From: Candidatus Omnitrophota bacterium
Lineage (GTDB): Bacteria; Omnitrophota; Gorgyraeia; Aquiviventales; Aquiviventaceae
DNA length: 64,000 nt
Direction: 5' to 3'
Assembly: GCA_016209275.1 (NCBI GenBank)
Contig: JACQWM010000004.1
Location: 42,243 to 106,242 of the forward strand
Position 1 is the stretch's first letter, and each line of letters begins with the position of its first letter. Both the position numbers and the translations under genes were made by a program. The notes beneath the pieces were generated by a model, which worked only from the letters and a program-made list of their open reading frames with translations, was not told the DNA's origin and did not search any database. This document shows, in pieces, positions 45,861 through 55,603 of this stretch.

Positions 45861-46798
45861 CGCGGCCGGTGGTGTATGTGGCGTTGCAGCAGTTCTGCGA
45901 GGCGGATGACCGTCCGCGGCGTCTGCTGCAGGAAGCCGGTGTTGCCGTGAACGTCAACAGGCTTGGGCGGCGCATGAAGCGGGAGGATTTGCTGCGGGAA
46001 CTTCCAGGGGTCGATGCGGTGCTCGCCGGGATCGAGCCCTACGACGCCGAGCTGCTCGCGGCCTTGCCGCAGCTTCGGTGCATCAGCCGTTGCGGAGTCG
46101 GCACCGATGCGATTGATCTTGAGGCCGCACAGCGGCTGGGGGTTGCCGTGCTGACCACCGGAGATGAAGTCGTCGAGCCGGTGGCCCAGCTGACCATCGC
46201 CATGATGCTGGCACTCGCGCGCCAGATTCCTGAGCACCTTGCCGATGCGCGCCAAGGCCGATGGACGAAGCGGACCGGGGTGTTGTTGTCCGAATGGACC
46301 ATCGGCCTGGTGGGGTTTGGACGCATCGGGCGTCGTGTGGAGCAGTATCTGCGCCCGTTTCAGCCGACGGTGCTGGTGGCGGATCCGCAGGCCACGTCAA
46401 GCGAGCTTCCAAAATCGGTCCATCTGCGGTCGCTTGAGACGCTGTTGGTAGAGGCGGACTGCGTCTCGCTGCATGTCAGCCGGCCTCGAACTGAGGGTGT
46501 GGTGATCGGCCGCAAGGAGTTCGCGTTGATGAAGCCCGGGGCGGCGCTGATTAATACGTCGCGGGGCTATCTGGTGGATGAAGCCGCGCTGCATGATGCG
46601 ATCCAGGAGCACCGGCTAAGCGCAGCCGCGCTCGACGTCTTCGAGGCCGAGCCGCATGTCGGGCCGCTGGCAACGCTGCCCCAAGTCTTGTGTACTCCGC
46701 ATATCGGCTCCTTGACCCGTGCGTCACGCATGGCCATGGAGCAACGCTGCGCTCAGCACGTGGTCGACTTCTTCGCTGCCGCATCAACGCGACGATGA
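45857..46798 (+). CDS. D-isomer-specific 2-hydroxyacid dehydrogenase
   Basis: NAD-binding motif GLVGFGRIGRRV. ~313 aa. Confidence 0.75.
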   Translation: MTRPVVYVALQQFCEADDRPRRLLQEAGVAVNVNRLGRRMKREDLLRELPGVDAVLAGIEPYDAELLAALPQLRCISRCGVGTDAIDLEAAQRLGVAVLTTGDEVVEPVAQLTIAMMLALARQIPEHLADARQGRWTKRTGVLLSEWTIGLVGFGRIGRRVEQYLRPFQPTVLVADPQATSSELPKSVHLRSLETLLVEADCVSLHVSRPRTEGVVIGRKEFALMKPGAALINTSRGYLVDEAALHDAIQEHRLSAAALDVFEAEPHVGPLATLPQVLCTPHIGSLTRASRMAMEQRCAQHVVDFFAAASTRR

Positions 46799-49218
46799 CT
46801 CCGCGCGTGACTGTGCTCATGACCGTCTATAACGGCGTGCCCTATCTGCGAGAAGCGATTGACAGCGTCCTCGCGCAAACCTTCAGAGACTTCGAGCTGC
46901 TCATCATCGATGATGCCAGCACGGATCAATCAGCGGCGCGCATCGAGTCATTTGGCGATCCTCGGATTCGCCTCATCCGCAATCCCCGCAACCTCGGGCA
47001 AACGCCCTCGCTGAATCTGGGGATGGCCGAATCGCGTGGCCGTTACATCGCCCGGATGGATCAAGACGACGTGTGCCTTCCGGATCGGCTGCAGCAGCAG
47101 GTGGCGTGTCTTGATGCGCGGTCAGACGTGGCCGCCGTCGGCACCTGGGCCTTTCTCATCGGGCCTGAGGGACGCGCGACCGAGATGGTCGGAACGCGGG
47201 TGGATGAGTTCGGGACATTCCTCGGCATGACGCTGACATTCGCCTCGCCGATCGGCCATCCAACCCTGGTGATCCGCCGCGACGTGTTGGCAGCGTTTGG
47301 CGGATATGACGAGTCGTTTGCCCCGTGCGAAGATTACGCGCTATGGTGCCACTTGGCCGAGCGGCGCCACGGATTGGTCAGCATTCCTCGGCCGCTCATG
47401 AAGCTTCGGCGTCATGCGCAGCAGCAAAGCCGCGTGCGGCTGGCCGCGCAGCAGGCGCAGGGCAGGCGGGCGCATGCGCGGCTTCTCTCGGCCTGGGCAG
47501 ATGCCGAGCATCTCGACCTCATCAGCTCGCTGCTGCGCGGCGACGATGCCTTCTGGCAGGCGTGCCCAACGAAGCATGATGTGCGGCAAGCGCTAGCGGC
47601 ATGGAATCAGATGCGCACCACCATGACGGCTGCGCTGCGGCTCAGCCCCGAAGAGTCCGCACGGCTGAATCACCGCGTTCGGTGGTGGTTCGGCCACAAT
47701 GCGGCGTTTGCCGCCCTGCAAGGCAGGCGGCAGAGCCTTCCTCTCTATACGGCTTCCCTGGAGGGGGGAATCTCGATGCTGCGGTACCCTGCGGTGGCCT
47801 CGTATCCGGTGTTGCTGGCCGCCTCCCCATTGTTCGGGGCAACGCTCAGGAAGATCTGCAAAGACGCGGTGATGGCGTTGGGCCGTCAGAAGTATGTGGC
47901 TCGCCTGATGACACAGACGCTAAAAAATCGATGGCAATCGGCGCAAGCATCCGGAAGGGAAATTCTGTATGTGTCGTATGACGGCATGCTCGAACCCTTG
48001 GGGGCTTCCCAAGTCGTGAGCTACCTGCTGCCCATGGCCGTGACGCGCCGCATCACGCTGCTCTCGTACGAGAAGCCATCCGATCGCCGCGATGTCAGCC
48101 GATATGCGACGATGCGCCAGCGCCTGGAGGCTGCTGGTATTCGCTGGATTCCGCTGCGGTATCACAAGCGCCCGTCGCTGCTGGCCACCGGGTGGGATGC
48201 GCTCATCGGGATCATCGTCGGATGGATCGTCTGCCGGCGCCGCCAGATTCGGCTCATCCATGCGCGGGGGTATGTGCCGTCAGTGATTGCGCTCACACTC
48301 AAGCGCGCAACTGGTGCGCGCTTTCTCTTTGACATGCGAGGCTTCTGGCCGGAGGAAAAGGTCGATGCCGGCCATTGGCGCCGCGGCTCGCTGGCGTATC
48401 GCCTAACGAAATGGTGCGAGCGGAAATTTTTTGAGCAGGCGGACGCCATCGTCTCGCTCACGCACGCCGGGGTCAAGGCCTTCGACACGCTCGGCTATCA
48501 GATTCCGGCGGCAACCCCCATCGACGTCATCCCCACCTGCGCTGACACCTCGCGCTTTTCGCCGGAGGCAGCAGACCGTGATCTGCAAGCGCAGCTTGGC
48601 CTTCAAGGGAAGACCGTCATCGGCTGTGTTGGCACGTTGAGCAACTGGTATCTAAGAACACCGACGCTGCGTTATTGTTCGTTCTTGCTGCGGCACCTCG
48701 AGCATGCCGTCATCCTCTGCGTGACGCAGGAAGACCATGCGCAGCTGCGCCGAGATGCGCAGGCCGCCGGCATCCCGCCGGAGCGTTTCCGCTTGGCACG
48801 GGCGGCCTTTGAGCAGATGCCTGGGTATCTGTCCTTGATGCATGTGGGGGTCTTTTTCATCACGCCGACGTTTTCGAAAACGGCTTCAGCCGCCACGAAG
48901 CTGGCGGAATTTCTCGCCAGCGGGGTGCCGGTCGTGATCAACGACCTGATCGGGGATTCCGGAGGGGTGGTTCGCGAGCATCGCGTGGGCGTGGTGTTGC
49001 GCGACGTCGCCGAGCGCGAATGGACGGCGAGCCTGCAGGATGTCCAAGCACTGCTCGCCGATGCTGCCTGCGCGCGGCGGTGCCGAAACACCGCGCTGGC
49101 CCTGTTTGATCTGAGGGATGGCGTGAAGAAATATCTTGCCCTCTATGACCGATTCGCCGAAAATGTGGAGCCATTATCGGCTTCGGTGGTTCGACCTCTT
49201 GAGTGGGCCAAATCATGA
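46795..49218 (+). CDS. Two-domain glycosyltransferase: N-terminal GT2 (GT-A) and C-terminal GT4-like (GT-B)
   Basis: VTVLMTVYNGVPYL...IIDDASTD...DQDD (GT2), then a GT-B block ...GCVGTLSNWY...FLASGVPVV. Confidence 0.7.
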   Translation: MTPRVTVLMTVYNGVPYLREAIDSVLAQTFRDFELLIIDDASTDQSAARIESFGDPRIRLIRNPRNLGQTPSLNLGMAESRGRYIARMDQDDVCLPDRLQQQVACLDARSDVAAVGTWAFLIGPEGRATEMVGTRVDEFGTFLGMTLTFASPIGHPTLVIRRDVLAAFGGYDESFAPCEDYALWCHLAERRHGLVSIPRPLMKLRRHAQQQSRVRLAAQQAQGRRAHARLLSAWADAEHLDLISSLLRGDDAFWQACPTKHDVRQALAAWNQMRTTMTAALRLSPEESARLNHRVRWWFGHNAAFAALQGRRQSLPLYTASLEGGISMLRYPAVASYPVLLAASPLFGATLRKICKDAVMALGRQKYVARLMTQTLKNRWQSAQASGREILYVSYDGMLEPLGASQVVSYLLPMAVTRRITLLSYEKPSDRRDVSRYATMRQRLEAAGIRWIPLRYHKRPSLLATGWDALIGIIVGWIVCRRRQIRLIHARGYVPSVIALTLKRATGARFLFDMRGFWPEEKVDAGHWRRGSLAYRLTKWCERKFFEQADAIVSLTHAGVKAFDTLGYQIPAATPIDVIPTCADTSRFSPEAADRDLQAQLGLQGKTVIGCVGTLSNWYLRTPTLRYCSFLLRHLEHAVILCVTQEDHAQLRRDAQAAGIPPERFRLARAAFEQMPGYLSLMHVGVFFITPTFSKTASAATKLAEFLASGVPVVINDLIGDSGGVVREHRVGVVLRDVAEREWTASLQDVQALLADAACARRCRNTALALFDLRDGVKKYLALYDRFAENVEPLSASVVRPLEWAKS

Positions 49219-50123
49219 AGATTCTTGTGACGGGTGCTGATGGCATGGTGGGCAGCGCGCTCTGCCCTGAGCTGCGGCGGTGCGGACATGAGCTGATCCC
49301 GACGGATCTGGCTCCGCTGACCCCCGGCACGCAGGTTTTGGACATCTGCGATGCGGCGGCGGTGCGCGCGGCTGTTGAGCAGGCGAAACCCGCCCTGGTG
49401 GTTCATCTGGCGGCGGCGACGGACGTCGACCGATGCGAGCAGGAGCCATCCCTCGCCTATCGCGTCAATGCCGCCGGCACCGAGCATGTGATCAGTGCCT
49501 GCCGGATCGGGAAGGCCCGCCTGCTGTACATGAGCACGGCCGGGGTGTTCGACGGCGAGAAGCTCACACCGTATGTCGAAACGGACGCGCCCAATCCGGT
49601 CAATGTGTACGGACGCTCAAAGCTGATCGGAGAGCACGCCGTTTCGCAGTACCGCGGCAGGCATCAAATCGTTCGCGCGAGCTGGATGGTGGGAGGTTTT
49701 GCGCGGGACAAGAAGTTCGTGGCGAAGATTCTCCGGCTGTTGGAAGAGCGCCGAGAGCTCACGGTGGTCACCGATAAGATTGGCAGCCTCACGTTTACGG
49801 AAGATGTGTCCCGCGGTATTGCCGCGCTCATCGCCACCGACCATGCCGGCCTGTTTCACATGGCGAACCAAGGCGTCTGCTCTCGGTATGACGTGGCCTG
49901 TGAAATCGTGACGTCTCTTGGCCGAACCGACGTGACCGTCCGGCCGATTAGCTCAGATGCGTTTCCGTTGCCAGCGCCTCGGGCGGCTTCTGAAGCGCTG
50001 GCGAATGCCCGCTTGCAGGCCGTCGGGATGGATCAGATGCCGTCGTGGCAGACCTCATTGCGCCGGTATGTGCAGCGTTACATGGCGACCCTGAAAGGAT
50101 CCTCGTGCGCGTCCTCTTCGTAA
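49215..50123 (+). CDS. RmlD-like NAD(P)-dependent sugar reductase/epimerase
   Basis: MKILVTGADGMVGSAL N-terminus, typical of the dTDP-4-dehydrorhamnose reductase family. Confidence 0.6.
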   Translation: MKILVTGADGMVGSALCPELRRCGHELIPTDLAPLTPGTQVLDICDAAAVRAAVEQAKPALVVHLAAATDVDRCEQEPSLAYRVNAAGTEHVISACRIGKARLLYMSTAGVFDGEKLTPYVETDAPNPVNVYGRSKLIGEHAVSQYRGRHQIVRASWMVGGFARDKKFVAKILRLLEERRELTVVTDKIGSLTFTEDVSRGIAALIATDHAGLFHMANQGVCSRYDVACEIVTSLGRTDVTVRPISSDAFPLPAPRAASEALANARLQAVGMDQMPSWQTSLRRYVQRYMATLKGSSCASSS

Positions 50124-51244
50124 TTCCTCATCCGATCGAGGCCGCAAGCGGCCGCCTGCGGGTGTTGCAGTACTTGCCGTGGCTGCATGCGCAGGGCATC
50201 CAGTGCGAGGTCCGCCCGTTCATGCCGCCGGCGCTTTATCGGCTCCTGTATCAGCCTGGGCGGCTCCCGCAGAAAATTTCGATGAGCGCTGCAGCGGTGA
50301 TCCGTCGCTGCCTCGATGTGGGGCGCGTGGCGAAGGCCGACGTGGTGGTGGTCCATCGCGAAGCCTGGCCGCTGGGCACGGCGCTGCTTGAGCGGCTGAT
50401 GGCTCGGCGATCTTCCGCCATGGTGTTTGATTTTGATGATGCCATTTACCTTCCGCACGCGAGCCGGGTCAACGCGTGGGCGAACGTCTTCAAGCGTCCG
50501 GGAAAAATCTCCCAGGTCATTGCCGCCAGCACGCACGTCACGGCCGGCAATTCCGTGCTGGCCGGCTACGCCCGCCGGTACAACCCCAAGGTGAGCATCA
50601 TTCCCACGCCGGTCGATACCGAGGCCTTTCATCCGCGGCAGGCCAGGGTGGATTCGTCCCGGTTGGTGATCGGATGGATGGGGAGCCACACGACCGCCAG
50701 TTACTTGCAGGAAATCCGCCGTCCGCTTGAACAGCTCCTCCGAGCGCATCCGCAGGTCGAGCTTCGCGTGGTGGGAGCCGGGCATCTGCCGTATCGGCTG
50801 CCGAATCTCCAGGAGATTCCGTGGACGCTGGAATCCGAGCAACACGAGTTGCACCGGTTTGATATCGGCCTGATGCCCATGCCGGATGATCCCTGGACCC
50901 AGGGCAAATGCGGGTTTAAGGCCCTCCTCTACATGAGTGTTGGGATTCCTGTCGTGGCCTCGCCGGTTGGGGTCAACAGCGCGATCATCCAGGATGGGGT
51001 GTCAGGGTTTCTGGCCAACGATGAGCAGACGTGGTTCGATCGGCTCGCTCAGCTCATCGACGATGAAGCGTTGCGGCGCCGCATGGGGCGTGCTGGCCGC
51101 GCGATGGTCGAGCAGGAATATTCCGTCAAGGCCCAAGCGCCGCGCCTGATTCGCGTGCTCCGCGAGGCGCATGACGGGCCTCGGGGCGATGGCGTGCCTC
51201 TCAGCGAGCCGGTTCATGCGGGAGCGAGTCATGCCGCAGCCTAG
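50105..51244 (+). CDS. GT4-family (GT-B) glycosyltransferase
   Basis: C-terminal block GFKALLYMSVGIPVVASPVG...E...FDR of retaining GT-B enzymes. The GTG start was chosen by alignment to typical N-termini. Confidence 0.6.
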   Translation: MRVLFVIPHPIEAASGRLRVLQYLPWLHAQGIQCEVRPFMPPALYRLLYQPGRLPQKISMSAAAVIRRCLDVGRVAKADVVVVHREAWPLGTALLERLMARRSSAMVFDFDDAIYLPHASRVNAWANVFKRPGKISQVIAASTHVTAGNSVLAGYARRYNPKVSIIPTPVDTEAFHPRQARVDSSRLVIGWMGSHTTASYLQEIRRPLEQLLRAHPQVELRVVGAGHLPYRLPNLQEIPWTLESEQHELHRFDIGLMPMPDDPWTQGKCGFKALLYMSVGIPVVASPVGVNSAIIQDGVSGFLANDEQTWFDRLAQLIDDEALRRRMGRAGRAMVEQEYSVKAQAPRLIRVLREAHDGPRGDGVPLSEPVHAGASHAAA

Positions 51245-53606
51245 CCCATTCGAGGCCGGATTCAGGCTGCTGCTCCTCATCGGGGTGGGGACTGGGCTCT
51301 TGTGGTTTCTGGCAAGGCGGGTCACGCCGCATCGAGGGCTTCGCAGCGTGCTGATCGCGACGTTCAGCCTACGAGCCATCCTCGGCGTGTCGCTCTACGC
51401 GATCTCCTATTGGGGCTGGCCCGTGCTTCGGTCGCTGCAGTTTTCGCGCGGCTTCTGGCTCTTCAGCCCTGATTCGCGGATGTACCATTATTACGGCTGG
51501 CAATTTGCCCAGGCGTGGGCCAACGGCACGCAGCTGCCGGATCCGGTCCTGGCTCCTGATTATTTCGTGGTGGTCGCGAGCATCTACACGATGCTTGGCG
51601 CCCACCCCCTGTATCCCATCCTGCTCAACGCTTGGCTGGCGGCGGCGACCGGGTTGCTGGCATTTGTGCTCGCCCGGGACGTCTTCGGGCCGCGGACGGC
51701 GATCGTCACCGCGGCCTTGGTGAGCGCTTGGCCCTCCACCTTCATCTGGTCCGCCCAACTGTTGAAGGACTCGGTGACATGGTGCCTGGTGTTTTCAGCG
51801 CTCGTGCTGGTGGTGCGCATCGTCCGCGCGGCGAAGCATCACGAAGGACGCGGCGCTGGCCGCTTGTCTGCGCGGTATCTTGGTCTTGCCGTTTCAGTGC
51901 TCTTCCTTACGCGGTTTCGGTTCTACCTCGGGTCCGCCTTCCTCCTCGGGGCCATCATCGTGGCGCTTCCGGCTGCAGGCCTCGCCCTTCGGCGAAGGCA
52001 GATGGCGCGCGCGCTGGCGTATGGAGGGCTCGTCACGGTGGTCGCGCTTTCGACCATTTTTGCGAGGACGCTGCCGGTGCTGGCCCTCGTGTCGCCAGCC
52101 CATCCGGAACGCGGCCATTTCCGGCTCGCCGAGAGCTACTATGCGCAGGGGAACCTCGAGCGGGCGGAGCACCATTTATCGAGAGCCGTATCCTTGGATC
52201 CAACCTCTCGAGAGGCGGCCCTAGGGCTTGCGGCAGTGCAGGTGCAGCGGCAACGATTCCCCCAGGCGCTTGAGATCTATAAGCAGTACCTGCATCAAGG
52301 CGATCCGACTGAGCAAGCGGTGATCCGGAAGATCATCGTGCAGATCTATCTGGATCGCGCGACGGTCAATGCGGATGCGGAGTACTGGGAAGGCGTGGCC
52401 GCGGCCTACCAACAGATCTTGGAGCTGGAGCCGACCCTGCTGCCGATTCACCTGGAGTACAGCATGGCGCTGGCCCAGCTGCGGCGTTTTGAGAAGGCCA
52501 AGGACGCGCTGGCACACGCCAAGCTGTTGATCCGCACCCCGGAGGAGCAGGCGGAGTACTCGGCGGCGATCGATCGCATGGTGCAGATTTATCTGGATCG
52601 CGCGAAGGCGAATACGGATGGAGCGTACTGGGAAGGCGTGGCCGCGGCCTATCAACAGATCTTGGAGCTGGAGCCGACCCTGCTGCCGATTCACCTGGAG
52701 TACAGCATGGCGCTGGCCCAGCTGCGGCGTTTTGAGAAGGCCCAGGCTGCGCTGGAGCGCGCCAAACCGTTGATCCATACCTCGGAGGAGCAAGCGGACT
52801 TCGCCGCAGCGCAGGCCGAGCTTCAGGCGCTGCTTAAGGGAAAGCCGCGAAGGTGGATCCGCAAACGCTCCATCATGCCTGCGGTGCTGCCGAAGAGCAG
52901 CGGTATGTCAGTGAATCCGGAAGAGTTGCTGTCGCTGGCGTTATCCTTGTTCCCACGGACCGGGGGTGCGCTGCGGCTGCGGTTGTCGCGCGAAAGCGGC
53001 CGAGGGTTCTCCATGTTGTCGCACAGCGTCTCCCAGATGGATGAGCAAGCGATCGCGACGATCCGTGAAACATCCCCCGAAGCCCTCGCGGTGCGGCGCG
53101 AGGGATTTGTCTCCAGCGGAGGGTACTCCCTCACCGATGCCTGGGCGAAAATTTCAAGCCCTCGCAAACTGATCACGTATCTTCCGCGAGCGATGGCGAT
53201 TGGTTTTCTCGCTCCGTTTCCCTGGCAATGGTTTGATCTCCGCGGCAGCACCGGGATCATGCGGGTGTTCGCGGGCCTGGAAATGCTGGGCTTCTATCTG
53301 CTCATTCCCGGATTGATCCGCGGGGTGTCTCGCCTCGCATCGCTGCGGCGCGTGGAAGCGCTCTTCCTCCTGGCGGTGATCGCCTCCATTGCAGCGCCCG
53401 TGTCCCTGGTCGTGGCCAACATGGGCACGCTGTTTCGGCTTCGGCTGCTGTTTCTGTTGCCCCTCTTGCTCATTGCCGCGCACGGTGACCCCATCGAGAT
53501 CTATCGGAGGATCTTTCGGAGGCCTCCAGCACTCCCTGAGGGAAGTCCCCATGAGCATCGTCAGGCCGGCGCGCTCGAAGACGCGTTGTCCGGAGGCGTG
53601 AAGTAG
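51231..53606 (+). CDS. Polytopic membrane protein with an internal duplicated TPR-like soluble domain (possible polymerase/ligase-like)
   Basis: Multiple hydrophobic segments at the N- and C-termini. A central region with an 81-aa repeat unit (EYWEGVAAAYQQILELEPTLLPIHLEYSMALAQLRRFEKA x2). Confidence 0.45.
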   Translation: MPQPSPFEAGFRLLLLIGVGTGLLWFLARRVTPHRGLRSVLIATFSLRAILGVSLYAISYWGWPVLRSLQFSRGFWLFSPDSRMYHYYGWQFAQAWANGTQLPDPVLAPDYFVVVASIYTMLGAHPLYPILLNAWLAAATGLLAFVLARDVFGPRTAIVTAALVSAWPSTFIWSAQLLKDSVTWCLVFSALVLVVRIVRAAKHHEGRGAGRLSARYLGLAVSVLFLTRFRFYLGSAFLLGAIIVALPAAGLALRRRQMARALAYGGLVTVVALSTIFARTLPVLALVSPAHPERGHFRLAESYYAQGNLERAEHHLSRAVSLDPTSREAALGLAAVQVQRQRFPQALEIYKQYLHQGDPTEQAVIRKIIVQIYLDRATVNADAEYWEGVAAAYQQILELEPTLLPIHLEYSMALAQLRRFEKAKDALAHAKLLIRTPEEQAEYSAAIDRMVQIYLDRAKANTDGAYWEGVAAAYQQILELEPTLLPIHLEYSMALAQLRRFEKAQAALERAKPLIHTSEEQADFAAAQAELQALLKGKPRRWIRKRSIMPAVLPKSSGMSVNPEELLSLALSLFPRTGGALRLRLSRESGRGFSMLSHSVSQMDEQAIATIRETSPEALAVRREGFVSSGGYSLTDAWAKISSPRKLITYLPRAMAIGFLAPFPWQWFDLRGSTGIMRVFAGLEMLGFYLLIPGLIRGVSRLASLRRVEALFLLAVIASIAAPVSLVVANMGTLFRLRLLFLLPLLLIAAHGDPIEIYRRIFRRPPALPEGSPHEHRQAGALEDALSGGVK
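52341..52826 (+). repeat. Tandem direct repeat, 243-bp unit x2 inside the CDS (near-identical ~117-bp core at 52383-52499 and 52626-52742)
   Basis: Direct comparison of the sequence shows only a few mismatches across the core. Confidence 0.8.
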
Positions 53607-53610
53607 CTCG

Positions 53611-55539
53611 ATGTGCGGCATCGCTGGCGTGGTCCACTTCGACGGGCGTCCGGTTGCGAGCGACGTCCTGCAGGGCATGGTCGCCGCCCTCCGCCACCGC
53701 GGACCGGAGGGCGAAGGGATCCAGAGCCTGGCGACCGGTTCGCTCCGTATCGGACTTGGGCATGCGCGGCTGAAGATCATCGATCTGTCCGATGCGGCGG
53801 CTCAGCCGATGGGAAACGATGATGGCTCCATCTGGCTCGTCTTCAACGGGGAGATCTATAACTTTCGTGAGTTGCGCGCCTCGCTTGAGCAGCGAGGCCA
53901 CCGGTTCCGGACCTCCTCGGATACCGAGGTGTTGCTGAAGCTCTACGAGGCGGACGGCGACGCGTGCGTGCAGCAGCTTGAGGGCATGTTCGCCTTCGCG
54001 ATGTGGGACAGCCGGAAAGGGCAGCTGCTGCTGGCCAGAGACCGGGCAGGGAAGAAGCCGCTGTTCTACCGTGCGACCCCGACGATGATCGCGTTTGCCT
54101 CGGAGATGAAGGCGTTGTTTCAGCACCCGGATATCGTTCCTGAAGTAGACACCGCAACACTTCCTGCGTTTTTTCTCTTTGGGTATGTTCCCTCGCCCGC
54201 GACCATCTACCAGGGGATCCAACAGCTGCCGCCTGGGCAAGTGCTCATCGCAAGAGACGGCCACGTGCGCCTTCAGGAGTACTGGGATGCGCCGCTGCCG
54301 CCGGCATCCAGCGGCCGCGCACCCTCCGAGGCTGAGGCGGCTTCGCGCGTGCGCGAGCTCCTCACGGCGGCAGTGGCACGGCGGCTCATCAGCGACGTGC
54401 CGCTGGGCGCGTTCCTCAGCGGCGGCATTGATTCCTCGATCGTCGTGGGGATCATGAGCCGGCTGTGTGATGAGCCGGTGCGGACGTTCAGCATCGGGTT
54501 TGCCGGGGATCCTGCGTTTGATGAAACGTCCTACGCGCGGATCGTGGCCAAGCGATTTGGCACGCGCCACACGGAGTTTATCGTCGAGCCGAAAGCGATT
54601 GAGCTCATCGACCGGCTCGTGTGGCATCACGACGGTCCGTTTGCCGACTCCTCGGCGATTCCGACCTATCTGCTGGCTCAGTTGACCAAACAGCACGTGA
54701 CGGTGGCGTTAAGCGGCGATGGGGGCGATGAGCTCTTTGCCGGCTATCAGCGGTTCCGCGCGGTCCTGTTGTCAGAAGCGATTCCCAGGTGGCTCCGCAC
54801 GGCCGGCGCTTCAGCGCTGACCCGGCTGCCGGCCTGGGGGCATCCCCGAAGCCTGTATCGCCGAGCGCAACGCTTCGCGCAGGGCACCGTGCTGCCGTTT
54901 GAGCACCGGGTGAACCGCTGGGTCTCAATTTTCTACGAGGATCTGCCGCAGCTGCGGCTCGGCGCATCAGGGGGCGCGACGCATCCTTCGATAGCCTGCG
55001 CGTCCTACCTGGCGCGCAGCCGGCAGGCCTCGGCGCTGACGCAATTGCTCTATGTCAATTTCAAGATGTATCTGTTGGATGACTTGCTCGTGAAAATGGA
55101 TCGGTGCTCCATGGCGCATGCGTTGGAAGCCCGATCGCCGTTTCTGGATCGTGCCCTCATCGAATACGTGTGTGGGCTGCCGGATGCCATGAAACTCCGC
55201 GGAGGAGCGACCAAAGTCATTCTTCGCAAGGCGTTCGCCGACCTGCTGCCCCCGGAAGTGCTCACGCGGGGAAAAATGGGCTTCGGCGTGCCGCTGCATC
55301 ACTGGTTTCGGTATGAGCTGCGCGATTTCGTCACCGATTGGCTGCTTGCACCGAACGCGTTGCTGCGGCAGTATCTGCATCAGCCGTATGTGCGGCAGCT
55401 GGTTCAACAGCACTTCGCCGGGCGCTGCGACCATTCCCACCGGCTGTGGACGCTGCTGACCTTTGAAGTCTGGCTGCAGCAGCTGCGCCGCGGCGCGTTC
55501 CGCGCGGCCGCGCCTTCCCTCAACCTCGTCACACAATAA
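53611..55539 (+). CDS. asnB: Asparagine synthase (glutamine-hydrolysing) family amidotransferase, AsnB/WbpS-like
   Basis: MCGIAG N-terminal nucleophile and an SGGIDSS PP-loop. 642 aa. Confidence 0.85.
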   Translation: MCGIAGVVHFDGRPVASDVLQGMVAALRHRGPEGEGIQSLATGSLRIGLGHARLKIIDLSDAAAQPMGNDDGSIWLVFNGEIYNFRELRASLEQRGHRFRTSSDTEVLLKLYEADGDACVQQLEGMFAFAMWDSRKGQLLLARDRAGKKPLFYRATPTMIAFASEMKALFQHPDIVPEVDTATLPAFFLFGYVPSPATIYQGIQQLPPGQVLIARDGHVRLQEYWDAPLPPASSGRAPSEAEAASRVRELLTAAVARRLISDVPLGAFLSGGIDSSIVVGIMSRLCDEPVRTFSIGFAGDPAFDETSYARIVAKRFGTRHTEFIVEPKAIELIDRLVWHHDGPFADSSAIPTYLLAQLTKQHVTVALSGDGGDELFAGYQRFRAVLLSEAIPRWLRTAGASALTRLPAWGHPRSLYRRAQRFAQGTVLPFEHRVNRWVSIFYEDLPQLRLGASGGATHPSIACASYLARSRQASALTQLLYVNFKMYLLDDLLVKMDRCSMAHALEARSPFLDRALIEYVCGLPDAMKLRGGATKVILRKAFADLLPPEVLTRGKMGFGVPLHHWFRYELRDFVTDWLLAPNALLRQYLHQPYVRQLVQQHFAGRCDHSHRLWTLLTFEVWLQQLRRGAFRAAAPSLNLVTQ

Positions 55540-55581
55540 TTGAGTTGCAAGTGAAGAGCGGTTTCCATACAATTGATGCAG

Positions 55582-55598
55582 TGTTCATATTCTGAACA
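55582..55598. promoter_or_regulatory. Palindromic candidate operator TGTTCA-N5-TGAACA in the 64-bp intergenic gap
   Basis: An inverted repeat seen directly in the sequence, 6 nt upstream of the regulator ATG. This is the only AT-richer non-coding gap of this size in the window. Confidence 0.3.
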
Positions 55599-55603
55599 TC
55601 ATC

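Noticed and set aside
53470-54696. 408-aa minus-strand ORF
   Set aside because: Antisense to the unambiguous asnB gene (MCGIAG and SGGIDSS motifs on the + strand).
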